Positions 1 to 7,798 of a DNA stretch of 46,330 nt are shown piece by piece. The position numbers and the translations under genes are program-made. This stretch comes from Bacteroidales bacterium. GTDB taxonomy: Bacteria; Bacteroidota; Bacteroidia; Bacteroidales; 4484-276. The stretch lies in the NCBI GenBank assembly GCA_046542305.1, contig JBKHBQ010000002.1, positions 1 to 46,330 on the forward strand, written 5' to 3'. The notes beneath the pieces were generated by a model that was given only the letters and a program-made list of their open reading frames with translations, was not told the origin of the DNA and did not search any database. Every line of letters begins with the position of its first letter. Position 1 is the first letter of the stretch.

Positions 1-82
1 CAGCCATGAGGCAAATCTCATTAAATGAAAAGCTTGTTGTTTATTCTGTGATTCCGGGCAACACAGAGTCATCATTATCGAT

Positions 83-316
83 CTAACCGGTGATCTCTTC
101 GAACTCCACCTCCTCACGGTGCTTATGATCGTGCTTGCTTTCACAGGTTTCGACGGCAGATTTACCGCAGGTGCAGGCTACGCGCTGACCCGTATCCGGA
201 TCGACGCTTCCGCAGGATTTTTGGAATTCGCCGTCTTTTTTAAGGAACATTTTTATAGCAATGCCGGCGATGGCCAATCCGACGAGAATTACGGAAATAA
301 TGATGAGTTTTAACAT
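83..316 (-). CDS. Small membrane-anchored Cys/His-rich protein (hypothetical)
   Basis: 77-aa ORF with one N-terminal hydrophobic helix (LKLIIISVILVGLAIAGIAI). The tail is soluble, with four Cys (SCGS, CTCG, TCES) and an HDHKH stretch. I recognise no family. Confidence 0.45.
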   Translation of the reverse strand: MLKLIIISVILVGLAIAGIAIKMFLKKDGEFQKSCGSVDPDTGQRVACTCGKSAVETCESKHDHKHREEVEFEEITG

Positions 317-383
317 GAAGTTTTCTTGTTTAAATTGTGTTCAGATAACAAAACCACCGAGCGCTTTGTTTATTGCGGAGCTA

Positions 384-1157
384 CTAAAAAATCCCTGCAT
401 TTTCAAGGGTTTTCCTCTTAAATTCGGAACAAAGGATTCCGGCAGCCACAGCAGCATTCAGCGATTCGGCCCTGCCCCCGGCCGAGGGAATGGTTAAACG
501 TTTATCGAGAAGCAATTCCACACCCCCGCTGATTCCGTGCGATTCGCTGCCGATTACCAGGATGGCACCGGGAGGGAATTCCTGATCATAAACATTCTCA
601 CCGTCCATCACAGCTCCATAAACCGGCAGTTTACGTGCAGGATCATTCAGGACATCCTTTAGGTTTTCCACATAAACCTTCACCCTGAAAAGCGATCCCA
701 TGGCCGCCTGCACCACTTTGGGATTAAAAGCCTCCACACAATTCTCCGAACATACAACCGTTTCCACACCAAACCAGTCGGCAATGCGAACTATGGTGCC
801 GAAATTTCCCGGATCGCCAATTCCATCAAGCATCAGCACCAATCCCTGCAATTGATCAGGCATCAGTTTTTCCATATCCGGAATTTGTGCCACCGCCAAT
901 ACCTGATCGGGAGTATTGAACCCGCTCATGCGTTCGAGTTCCTTTGGCGAAACGCTGGTAACGGTGATTGATTTGCGTATGGATAGCTCCGGCGGGGCTT
1001 CCCATTCCGCTACAGCAAAAATTTGTTCCACCTGAATTTTACTGTTCAGCAGTTCCGCGATCATTTTTCTGCCCTCCGCCACAAATTGCCGGTGCAGGGT
1101 CCTGAATTTTTTCTGCTGTAAAGACCTTACATATTGAAGCTGACTCTTGCTGATCAT
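384..1157 (-). CDS. TrmH/SpoU-family RNA 2'-O-methyltransferase
   Basis: 257 aa with SpoU-type motifs GDPGNFGTIVRIADWFG, LVIGSESHGIS and IPSAGGRAESLNAAVAAGI. The N-terminal substrate-binding region is typical of RlmB/TrmH-like enzymes. Confidence 0.85.
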   Translation of the reverse strand: MISKSQLQYVRSLQQKKFRTLHRQFVAEGRKMIAELLNSKIQVEQIFAVAEWEAPPELSIRKSITVTSVSPKELERMSGFNTPDQVLAVAQIPDMEKLMPDQLQGLVLMLDGIGDPGNFGTIVRIADWFGVETVVCSENCVEAFNPKVVQAAMGSLFRVKVYVENLKDVLNDPARKLPVYGAVMDGENVYDQEFPPGAILVIGSESHGISGGVELLLDKRLTIPSAGGRAESLNAAVAAGILCSEFKRKTLENAGIF

Positions 1158-1540
1158 CGCTGCTGCGTTAAGATGTTCAAGGGCAAAAGTAATCGTTATT
1201 GATCATATTAATACCCTCTGCTAAAAACATCCTCCGGTTTCCCAAACTGAAAAAAATATTCCCATCAGGAAAAAAGCTGAAAAAATCTGTTGCAAATCTT
1301 TACTTAAAGAGGTTGCAGTTTTGGGTATTTTAATAAACACAAGGTGATGTTGGTAAATATTAGTAAATCAAAAAAAACATTTAACACTTTTATTAGTTAT
1401 TTAACAACTGGGGATTTCTGAAAACAGTTTCCCGCGTTCTTACATTTTTTGGGTATAATTGTTGAGGTAAATAACCGTCTGACTGATAAGTAGGGTACGA
1501 TTCTATTTTTACTTGTTTTACTAATTTAAATTTACTATTT

Positions 1541-1816
1541 ATGAAACCTGAAAAAGATTTAGAATTCATTCTGGGGCTTTCAGGATTTTTCGTACTTGTT
1601 TTCCTTCTGCTCAATGCAAAGTTCCTGCTAATTATCCCTGCACTGCTGGTAATGATCAGCATGGTATCCGAAAAAGCCACAGGCGCCATTGCTGCGGTTT
1701 CAAGAAAAGGGATGGATTGGTTGAGGGATTTGACCGTACGTTTCGTGCTGTCTTTGTTTTTTCTATTTGTGCTGCTGCCAATTGCAGTAACTCAACGACT
1801 GATCGGCAGGGATTAA
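1541..1816 (+). CDS. Small multi-pass membrane protein (hypothetical, possibly SxtJ-like)
   Basis: 91-aa ORF with about three hydrophobic segments, followed directly by a strong terminator hairpin. The family assignment is only a weak recollection. Confidence 0.45.
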   Translation: MKPEKDLEFILGLSGFFVLVFLLLNAKFLLIIPALLVMISMVSEKATGAIAAVSRKGMDWLRDLTVRFVLSLFFLFVLLPIAVTQRLIGRD

Positions 1817-1826
1817 AAAGCTACAG

Positions 1827-1865
1827 AAAAAAAATGCCGCCCCTGATGAGGCGGCATTTTTTTTT
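1827..1865. terminator. Bidirectional Rho-independent terminator between convergent genes
   Basis: Stem atgccgcc / ggcggcat (1834-1841 and 1850-1857) with an 8-nt loop. An A-run lies upstream and a T-run (1857-1865) downstream. It sits between the 1816 stop (+) and the rplI stop (-). Confidence 0.6.
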
Positions 1866-1872
1866 GCTGAAT

Positions 1873-2319
1873 TTACTCAGCTACCACTTCAAACTTCACT
1901 TCTGCTTTGATATCTTTATACAAATGTACTTTAGCTGTGTATGTTCCCACTTCCTTAATGGAATCGCCGTCCACTTCAATTTTCTTTCGGTCGATTTCAT
2001 AACCTTTCTCTTTCAGTGCATCAGCAATCTGAATGGCATTAACCGAACCGAAGATCTTGCCTGAGGTTCCGGTTTTTGCGCCAATGGTCAACTCAAGCTT
2101 GTTGAGCAGCTTGGCTGTGGTTTGGGCCTCTTCGCGCAGCTTTTCTTCCTTAAAGGCTTTCTGACGCTGTACTTCGGCGAGAACTTTTTTGTTGTTTTCG
2201 TTTGCCAGGATGGCCAAACCTTTAGGGATAAGGTAATTTCTGGCGTAACCGTTCTTAACTTTTACCACCTCGTTTTCGTAGCCGAGGTTCGGAATATCTT
2301 GTTTTAAAATTACTTCCAT
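1873..2319 (-). CDS. rplI: 50S ribosomal protein L9
   Basis: 148 aa starting MEVILKQDIPNLGYENEVVKVKNGYARNYLIPKG, a classic L9 N-terminus. It is the last gene of the rpsF-rpsR-rplI cluster. Confidence 0.95.
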   Translation of the reverse strand: MEVILKQDIPNLGYENEVVKVKNGYARNYLIPKGLAILANENNKKVLAEVQRQKAFKEEKLREEAQTTAKLLNKLELTIGAKTGTSGKIFGSVNAIQIADALKEKGYEIDRKKIEVDGDSIKEVGTYTAKVHLYKDIKAEVKFEVVAE

Positions 2320-2331
2320 TGATCAACCCTC

Positions 2332-2601
2332 CTATTTAAGTAAGTCAGCAACATAAGGCATTAACGCAAGGTGCCTGGCGCGTTTGATGGCCTGGGCAAC
2401 TTTTTTCTGATATTTCGTTGAAGTTCCGGTAATGCGGCGGGGCAGAATCTTACCCTGCTCGTTTACAAACTTCAGCAGAAAATCGGCATCTTTATAATCG
2501 ATGTATTTGATGCCAGCTTTTTTAAACCGGCAGTATTTCTTCTTCTTTACATCAACCGCAATGGGTGTGAGGTATTTTATTTCCGAATTTTGTTGAGCCA
2601 T
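2332..2601 (-). CDS. rpsR: 30S ribosomal protein S18
   Basis: 89 aa containing [13 protein letters not shown]...L..F....[10 protein letters not shown]...K.Q..V..AIKRAR.LAL.PY, an S18 signature. Confidence 0.95.
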   Translation of the reverse strand: MAQQNSEIKYLTPIAVDVKKKKYCRFKKAGIKYIDYKDADFLLKFVNEQGKILPRRITGTSTKYQKKVAQAIKRARHLALMPYVADLLK

Positions 2602-2625
2602 GTTTCTAATGTTTTAGGTGACTGA

Positions 2626-2985
2626 TTAACTGTTGATTTCTTCTTTAACTTCCTCTTTTGCCTTTGCACGTTTCTTGTCGTTGTAAGCAATGGCATGTTT
2701 GTCGAGCTTTACGGTAAGAAAACGCATCACGCGTTCGTCGCGCTTAAGGGTAAGTTCAAGATCGGCAATCATTTGTGTGTCGGCTTTGTACTCCAACAGG
2801 TAATAAAAGCCTGTGGATTTTTTCTGGATGGGATACGCCAGTTTGCGCATGCCCCAGTTTTCCTCGTGCACAATGTCAGCACCTTTGTCTTTGAGGTATC
2901 CCTGATACCTTTTTACCGCTTCCTTCATCTGTTCATCAGACAAAACGGGAGTTAAAATGAAAACGGTTTCATACTGATTTAACAT
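2626..2985 (-). CDS. rpsF: 30S ribosomal protein S6
   Basis: 119 aa starting [19 protein letters not shown] and containing [12 protein letters not shown], an S6 signature. It is the first gene of the cluster. Confidence 0.95.
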   Translation of the reverse strand: MLNQYETVFILTPVLSDEQMKEAVKRYQGYLKDKGADIVHEENWGMRKLAYPIQKKSTGFYYLLEYKADTQMIADLELTLKRDERVMRFLTVKLDKHAIAYNDKKRAKAKEEVKEEINS

Positions 2986-3029
2986 CTTAATAATGTTTTA
3001 GTTAATAATTAAAACCTGAAAAGTGGGCG

Positions 3030-3037
3030 CAAAGGTA
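3030..3037 (-). promoter_or_regulatory. Candidate Bacteroidota -7 promoter box (TACCTTTG) upstream of rpsF
   Basis: The minus-strand 8-mer matches TAnnTTTG, 45 nt upstream of the rpsF ATG. No TTG -33 element lies at the expected spacing, so support is weak. Confidence 0.3.
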
Positions 3038-3095
3038 AATAAAAATCAGGGATTAATATTTTTTTAGGCACAAAAAAAATTCCTTCTTAAATTTA

Positions 3096-4049
3096 TCAGG
3101 TGTTCAAATCATTGTTGCTGTTGTTTTTCCTGTTAAAGAAGATAAAACGGTAAATATTCACGATCATTCGATCATGCCTGATCTGCGACATGAGCACCCC
3201 GGCAATCACCACAGCCATCCCGATGATCTTCTGCATTTCGAAAACCTCTCCCAAAATAAAAAATGAAAACACCGCCGTAAAAACGGGGATCAGATTTGTA
3301 AACAGATTGGTGCGGCTGATGCCGATCTCGCGCGAAGAAATCGTGAAAAAAACAAAGGCCAGCGAGGAGGCAAAAAACGCCAGCAGCAACAACGAGCTGA
3401 TCAACTCAGCAGTTGGCCGCACCGTGATGAATTGCTGAAAATCCAGAACAAAAAACAGTGGCAGGAAATAAATTGCCCCAAGCAGGTTTTGCACCGCGAT
3501 GATCATAAAGGCATCATATTTCATGGCCAGTTTTTTAAGCAGCACTGAATAGTAAACGGCCGTCACCACAGCCAGGGCCAGCCACGCGATGCCCTGCGGC
3601 GAAGCATTCAGCGAAAAATCGGGGTTGATCAACATGACCAGCAGACCTCCGAAAGAAACGAACAGCCCCAGGATGTTGAGCACATTCAGCCGTTCGCCGA
3701 AAACGATGTAACCCAGCACAGGCGTAAACAGCGGTATGGTGGCTATGAGTACTGCGGTAATGGTTGGCGAGGTGAATTTCAGCCCGTAGTTTTCGCCAAG
3801 GAAATAAAGAAACGGATTGAACAATGCCGACAGCAGAAACAGCCTGTAATCTTCCTTTCGGATTTGCTGCAGCCTGCCGAAAATTCTCAATCCGCCAAAC
3901 AAAAGTGCTGCGGATACCAGCAAACGCAGAACCAGGATAGTAACAGGTTCGTAATACTGCAATGCGATTTTGCTCCATACGAAGCTCATCCCCCAGAACA
4001 GCATCGACAGCGTAACGAGGATGTAAGTATAATGCGGCTTAAGTTTCAA
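3096..4049 (-). CDS. EamA/DMT-family transporter
   Basis: 317 aa with about 10 hydrophobic helices in two similar halves, typical of drug/metabolite transporters. Confidence 0.85.
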   Translation of the reverse strand: MKLKPHYTYILVTLSMLFWGMSFVWSKIALQYYEPVTILVLRLLVSAALLFGGLRIFGRLQQIRKEDYRLFLLSALFNPFLYFLGENYGLKFTSPTITAVLIATIPLFTPVLGYIVFGERLNVLNILGLFVSFGGLLVMLINPDFSLNASPQGIAWLALAVVTAVYYSVLLKKLAMKYDAFMIIAVQNLLGAIYFLPLFFVLDFQQFITVRPTAELISSLLLLAFFASSLAFVFFTISSREIGISRTNLFTNLIPVFTAVFSFFILGEVFEMQKIIGMAVVIAGVLMSQIRHDRMIVNIYRFIFFNRKNNSNNDLNT

Positions 4050-4075
4050 TGCCCTGATTGGTTAATTGTGAACAA

Positions 4076-5155
4076 TTAGTTGGTTGTATGCAGTTGATAG
4101 GTGTCGAGGGTTTTCTTCCATTCGCGGCTTTCGATAAATTGGATCAGCAGCGGATCGAGCCGTTTTAAAAAATCATGATCGGTGGAAGCAAAGCTGAAAT
4201 AAACCGAATTGATCCCGCTGGAAATAAGCTCCACGCGGTCGTCCAGTTTTTGCGTATTGATCAGGTAGGCCAGCAGGGGTTCATCATAAACCACGGCTTT
4301 CAGCTCGTCGCGGTTCAGCGCATCGATGGATTCCTGCAGGGTTTCGTATTTCCGGTACCTGATGCCCCGGTCCATCAGAAACTCAGCGGTTCCGGAGTTT
4401 TTTACCGTCCCAACAGGTACATGCCTCAAATCTTCGATGGAATGAATACTTGCCTGCAGTTTGCTGTAGGTAAGCGCCGCCGAGATTCCGGCAGTAAAGC
4501 TTGAAATAATGATCACGGCGGTAAACATCCAGACGATGGATATGATGCGTCCGGCAGTGGACCGGGGCGCTTTATCGCCGTAGCCAACCGTGGTCATGGT
4601 TACCGCCGACCACCAGATGCCATCACCCAGCCCGCGCCAGCCCGTGGAAAATTGCTTCGGATTCTTGCGCCGCTCGAACACCCACAACATGAAGCCAAAA
4701 ATAAAGATCACCAAAAACAGCAGCAGCACCACCTCCAGAAACTGCTTCGAAAAAATGCTTTCGAGAAACGTGAGCAAGGTGCTTTTTTCCTTCACCCTTA
4801 CGGCAATGGCCATATTGGAAATGTAATAAGGCTGTGAAAAGCCGAAACGTTTAAGCCGCTCGGAAGTTACCGTTAGCGGATTGATACATAAGTCGACATC
4901 CCTGTTTTCGACCGCCTGCAGCAATTGCCCCAGATCACCGAAAATCTGGTATTCAAAATCAATATTCAACTGCGGCGCAATCCATTCCCATAAATCCACA
5001 CTCAACCCGGAAATATTCAGCGAATCGATGATTACAAAAGGTGCCGACAATTTCACCCCTACCCTGAGCTTATCCGGAGAAGGCTTGTCCTTACCGAAAG
5101 CGCTCGCTGAGAGTATCATAATCCACAGAAGCAGTACCGAAAATCTTGTTTTCAC
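4076..5155 (-). CDS. GluR0-like ligand-gated potassium channel (periplasmic binding fold split by a K+ channel pore)
   Basis: 359 aa. The order is signal peptide, SBP type-3-like lobe (aa ~25-135), TM helix (VVLLLFLVIFIFGFMLWVF) and pore helix with the selectivity filter WWSAVTMTTVGYGDKAP. A second TM (IISIVWMFTAVIIISSFTAGISAAL) and a second SBP lobe (aa ~230-359) follow. Confidence 0.8.
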   Translation of the reverse strand: MKTRFSVLLLWIMILSASAFGKDKPSPDKLRVGVKLSAPFVIIDSLNISGLSVDLWEWIAPQLNIDFEYQIFGDLGQLLQAVENRDVDLCINPLTVTSERLKRFGFSQPYYISNMAIAVRVKEKSTLLTFLESIFSKQFLEVVLLLFLVIFIFGFMLWVFERRKNPKQFSTGWRGLGDGIWWSAVTMTTVGYGDKAPRSTAGRIISIVWMFTAVIIISSFTAGISAALTYSKLQASIHSIEDLRHVPVGTVKNSGTAEFLMDRGIRYRKYETLQESIDALNRDELKAVVYDEPLLAYLINTQKLDDRVELISSGINSVYFSFASTDHDFLKRLDPLLIQFIESREWKKTLDTYQLHTTN

Positions 5156-5324
5156 CTCAAAAAATATTTACCGCAAAAATAACCCAATTATCCGTAACAA
5201 CTGAAATTACAGCTTTGATTGACCAAATCCGGGTACCAGTGATTCGTTGAATCCTGATGTTCAAAAATTCGGTGGATCGAAAAAATCCTATTTTTGTTAC
5301 CATTAAACCACTTAATCAATTGCA

Positions 5325-6083
5325 ATGAGCTTATCGAAAAATATAGAAGAAGCAGCGTCACTAATTGTAAAATCAAAGTTTCTGGTTGCATTTACCGGGG
5401 CGGGAATTTCCGTCGAAAGTGGCATACCTCCTTTTCGCGGTGCCGAGGGGTTGTGGAGCAAATACGATCCGCAGGTGCTTGAACTCGATTATTTTCACCG
5501 GTTTCCCGAAGATTCATGGAAAGTGATCAAGGAAATTTTTTACGATTTCTTCGGCAATGCCAAACCCAATCCTGCACATGCTGCCCTGGCACGGCTTGAG
5601 GAATTGGGGCTTCTTCAGGCGGTGATCACCCAAAACATCGACAACCTGCACCAGGAAGCAGGAAACACCATCGTGTATGAATTTCACGGCAATTCGCAAA
5701 AGCTGATCTGCACGGGATGCAAAAAGCATTTCGAAGCTGCAGACCTGAATTTTAACGTGCTTCCGCCCTATTGTGCCGAATGCAACGCGCTCATCAAGCC
5801 CGATTTTATTTTCTTCGGCGAAGCCATTCCCACCATGGCCTTCAATGCTTCGATGGATGCAGCTTCGAAAACCGATGTGTTCATCATTATCGGCTCCACC
5901 GGAGAGGTGATGCCCGCCAACCAGATACCCATCATGGCCAAGCACAACGGCGCCACCATCATCGAGATCAATCCCGAGCCTTCGCGATATACACGGCTGA
6001 TTACTGATCTGCACCTGACAGGAACTGCAGGTGAGGTGATGTCGCAGCTTATTAAGAAAGTGGAATATAAAATGGAAAATTAA
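5325..6083 (+). CDS. cobB: NAD-dependent protein deacylase (Sir2 family)
   Basis: 252 aa with GAGISVESGIPPFRG, TQNIDNLH and the zinc ribbon CTGC...CAEC. Confidence 0.9.
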   Translation: MSLSKNIEEAASLIVKSKFLVAFTGAGISVESGIPPFRGAEGLWSKYDPQVLELDYFHRFPEDSWKVIKEIFYDFFGNAKPNPAHAALARLEELGLLQAVITQNIDNLHQEAGNTIVYEFHGNSQKLICTGCKKHFEAADLNFNVLPPYCAECNALIKPDFIFFGEAIPTMAFNASMDAASKTDVFIIIGSTGEVMPANQIPIMAKHNGATIIEINPEPSRYTRLITDLHLTGTAGEVMSQLIKKVEYKMEN

Positions 6084-6093
6084 TATCAACATC

Positions 6094-7632
6094 ATGACCA
6101 AAAAACTATTTCTCCTTTTCGCACTGGCGCTGATTTCCGCCGGTGCTTTTTCGCAGGATCACACTGCACAGCTCCACGAACTGAAAACCTATTATGAAAA
6201 TGCACGACAGGACTGGGAGGTTCCCGGGTTGGCCGTGGCCATCGTGAAAGATGGTGAAATCATTTTTTCGGAAGGCTTCGGGGTAAGAAACATCGAAACC
6301 GGCGACAGGGTAACAGGCCAGACCCTGTTCCCCATTGCCTCCAACACCAAAGCTTTCACAGCCGCAACACTCGCCATTCTGGTGGACGAAGGCAAAATTT
6401 CGTGGGACGACAAAGTTACGCAATACATTCCCTGGTTTAAGCTTTACAATCCGTACGTTACGGAGAATATGACCATCCGCGACCTGCTTACCCATCGCAG
6501 CGGGCTGGCCACTTTCAGCGGCGACCTGCTGTGGTACGGTACAGATTACAGCCGCGAAGAGATCATCCGCCGGGCAAGGCACCTCAAGCCGGCATTTGGT
6601 TTCAGGGAACAGTTCGGCTACTCCAACATCCTGTACCTTACAGCCGGGGAAATTGTTCCGGCCGTAACCAACATGAGCTGGGATAATTTTGTGGAGCAAA
6701 AAATATTTGATCCGCTCAACATGGAACGCTCCATCACCACCACCGGCAAACTCGATCAGTTCGATAATGTAGCCACCCCACACACCGGGTATCAGGGCGA
6801 AGTGATCCCGATCGAATATTTGAACTGGGACAACATCGCCCCTGCCGGCTCGATTATTTCATGTGTGGATGATGTTTCGCAATGGCTGATCATGCAACTG
6901 AACCGCGGGATTTACGAAGGAGACACCATTTTCAGCTCCCGCCGCAGCCGCGAGATGTGGTCGCCCAATACCATCCTGGGCGTGAGCGAATACAGCGAAA
7001 GGCAGTGGCCCTCGATGTTTTTCAGATCCTACGGGCTGGGCTGGTCGCTGTCGAATTATTTGGGCCGTAAGGTGATCGGGCACAGCGGCGGATACGACGG
7101 GATGATTTCATACACTTGCCTGGTTCCTGAAGAAGATCTGGGTTTTGTGATCCTTACCAATAAAAACTCCAGCCTGTATTATCCGCTGGTGTATAAAACA
7201 CTCGATGTTTTTCTCGGCGGCGAGGAGCGCGACTGGAGTGCCTTTATGCTTGAAATGTACAGGCAGCAGGATTCCATTGCCGCTGTGGAGCGAAAAGAAA
7301 ATGAGGCTGCACGTGTGAAAGGAACTTCCCCCACCCTGCCGTTGGAAGCCTACACCGGCACCTATGGCGGCCAACTGTACGGAAACGCCACCGTAACCCT
7401 CGAAGAAGGCCAACTGAAGCTCCGGATGCTCCCGGCCGAAAAATTTCAGGGACCGCTTACCCACTGGCATTTCAACACCTTCGAAATCACCTTTCCTGAA
7501 TTTCCGTCGCTCCCCGCAGGTACTGTCACTTTTGTGATAGATGCCGAAGGAAAGGTGGAGGAAATGAAAATTGACGTGCCCAATCCCGATTTCGATTTCA
7601 CAGAACTGACATTCATGAAAATGGATCAATAA
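6094..7632 (+). CDS. Serine hydrolase, beta-lactamase/PBP4-like family, secreted
   Basis: 512 aa with a signal peptide, an SxxK motif (ASNTKAF) and a YxN motif (GYSNILY). It has a C-terminal beta-rich extension. Confidence 0.85.
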   Translation: MTKKLFLLFALALISAGAFSQDHTAQLHELKTYYENARQDWEVPGLAVAIVKDGEIIFSEGFGVRNIETGDRVTGQTLFPIASNTKAFTAATLAILVDEGKISWDDKVTQYIPWFKLYNPYVTENMTIRDLLTHRSGLATFSGDLLWYGTDYSREEIIRRARHLKPAFGFREQFGYSNILYLTAGEIVPAVTNMSWDNFVEQKIFDPLNMERSITTTGKLDQFDNVATPHTGYQGEVIPIEYLNWDNIAPAGSIISCVDDVSQWLIMQLNRGIYEGDTIFSSRRSREMWSPNTILGVSEYSERQWPSMFFRSYGLGWSLSNYLGRKVIGHSGGYDGMISYTCLVPEEDLGFVILTNKNSSLYYPLVYKTLDVFLGGEERDWSAFMLEMYRQQDSIAAVERKENEAARVKGTSPTLPLEAYTGTYGGQLYGNATVTLEEGQLKLRMLPAEKFQGPLTHWHFNTFEITFPEFPSLPAGTVTFVIDAEGKVEEMKIDVPNPDFDFTELTFMKMDQ

Positions 7633-7670
7633 AATTTTGTTTCCCCGCAGCAACAATATGTAATTCTTTT

Positions 7671-7678
7671 TAATTTTG
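7671..7678 (+). promoter_or_regulatory. Candidate -7 promoter box (TAATTTTG) for tRNA-Gly
   Basis: Exact TAnnTTTG match ending 11 nt before the tRNA 5' end. No well-spaced -33 TTG is present. Confidence 0.35.
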
Positions 7679-7689
7679 TGCGGGAATTT

Positions 7690-7762
7690 GCGGTAGTAGC
7701 TCAGTTGGTAGAGCATCAGCTTCCCAAGCTGAGGGTCGTGGGTTCGAATCCCATTTACCGCT
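7690..7762 (+). tRNA. tRNA-Gly (anticodon CCC)
   Basis: A 73-nt cloverleaf folds by hand. The acceptor is GCGGTAG/TTACCGC, the D-arm GCTC-AGTTGGTA-GAGC and the anticodon arm TCAGC-TTCCCAA-GCTGA. The T-arm is GTGGG-TTCGAAT-CCCAT and the discriminator is U, as in bacterial tRNA-Gly. Confidence 0.9.
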
Positions 7763-7766
7763 CCTG

Positions 7767-7798
7767 AAAGGCTGTCCGTTTGGATGGCCTTTTCTTTT
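7767..7798. terminator. Terminator hairpin after tRNA-Gly, shared with the convergent kinase gene
   Basis: aaaggctgtcc-gttt-ggatggccttt hairpin (two G-U pairs) followed by a T-rich run. It overlaps the stop of the minus-strand kinase. Confidence 0.55.

Noticed and set aside
3535-3978. 147-aa alternative-frame ORF inside the EamA transporter gene on the same strand.
   Set aside because: It is out of frame with a well-supported 10-TM transporter. Its translation is R/A/G-rich, with no membrane or domain features.
7108-7716. 202-aa minus-strand ORF starting MLYQLSYYRKF, and the similar 45763..46032 ORF starting MLYRLSYR.
   Set aside because: Both start inside tRNA genes read backwards, and MLY(Q/R)LSY is the classic antisense-tRNA artefact. 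Both also overlap real genes or promoters.
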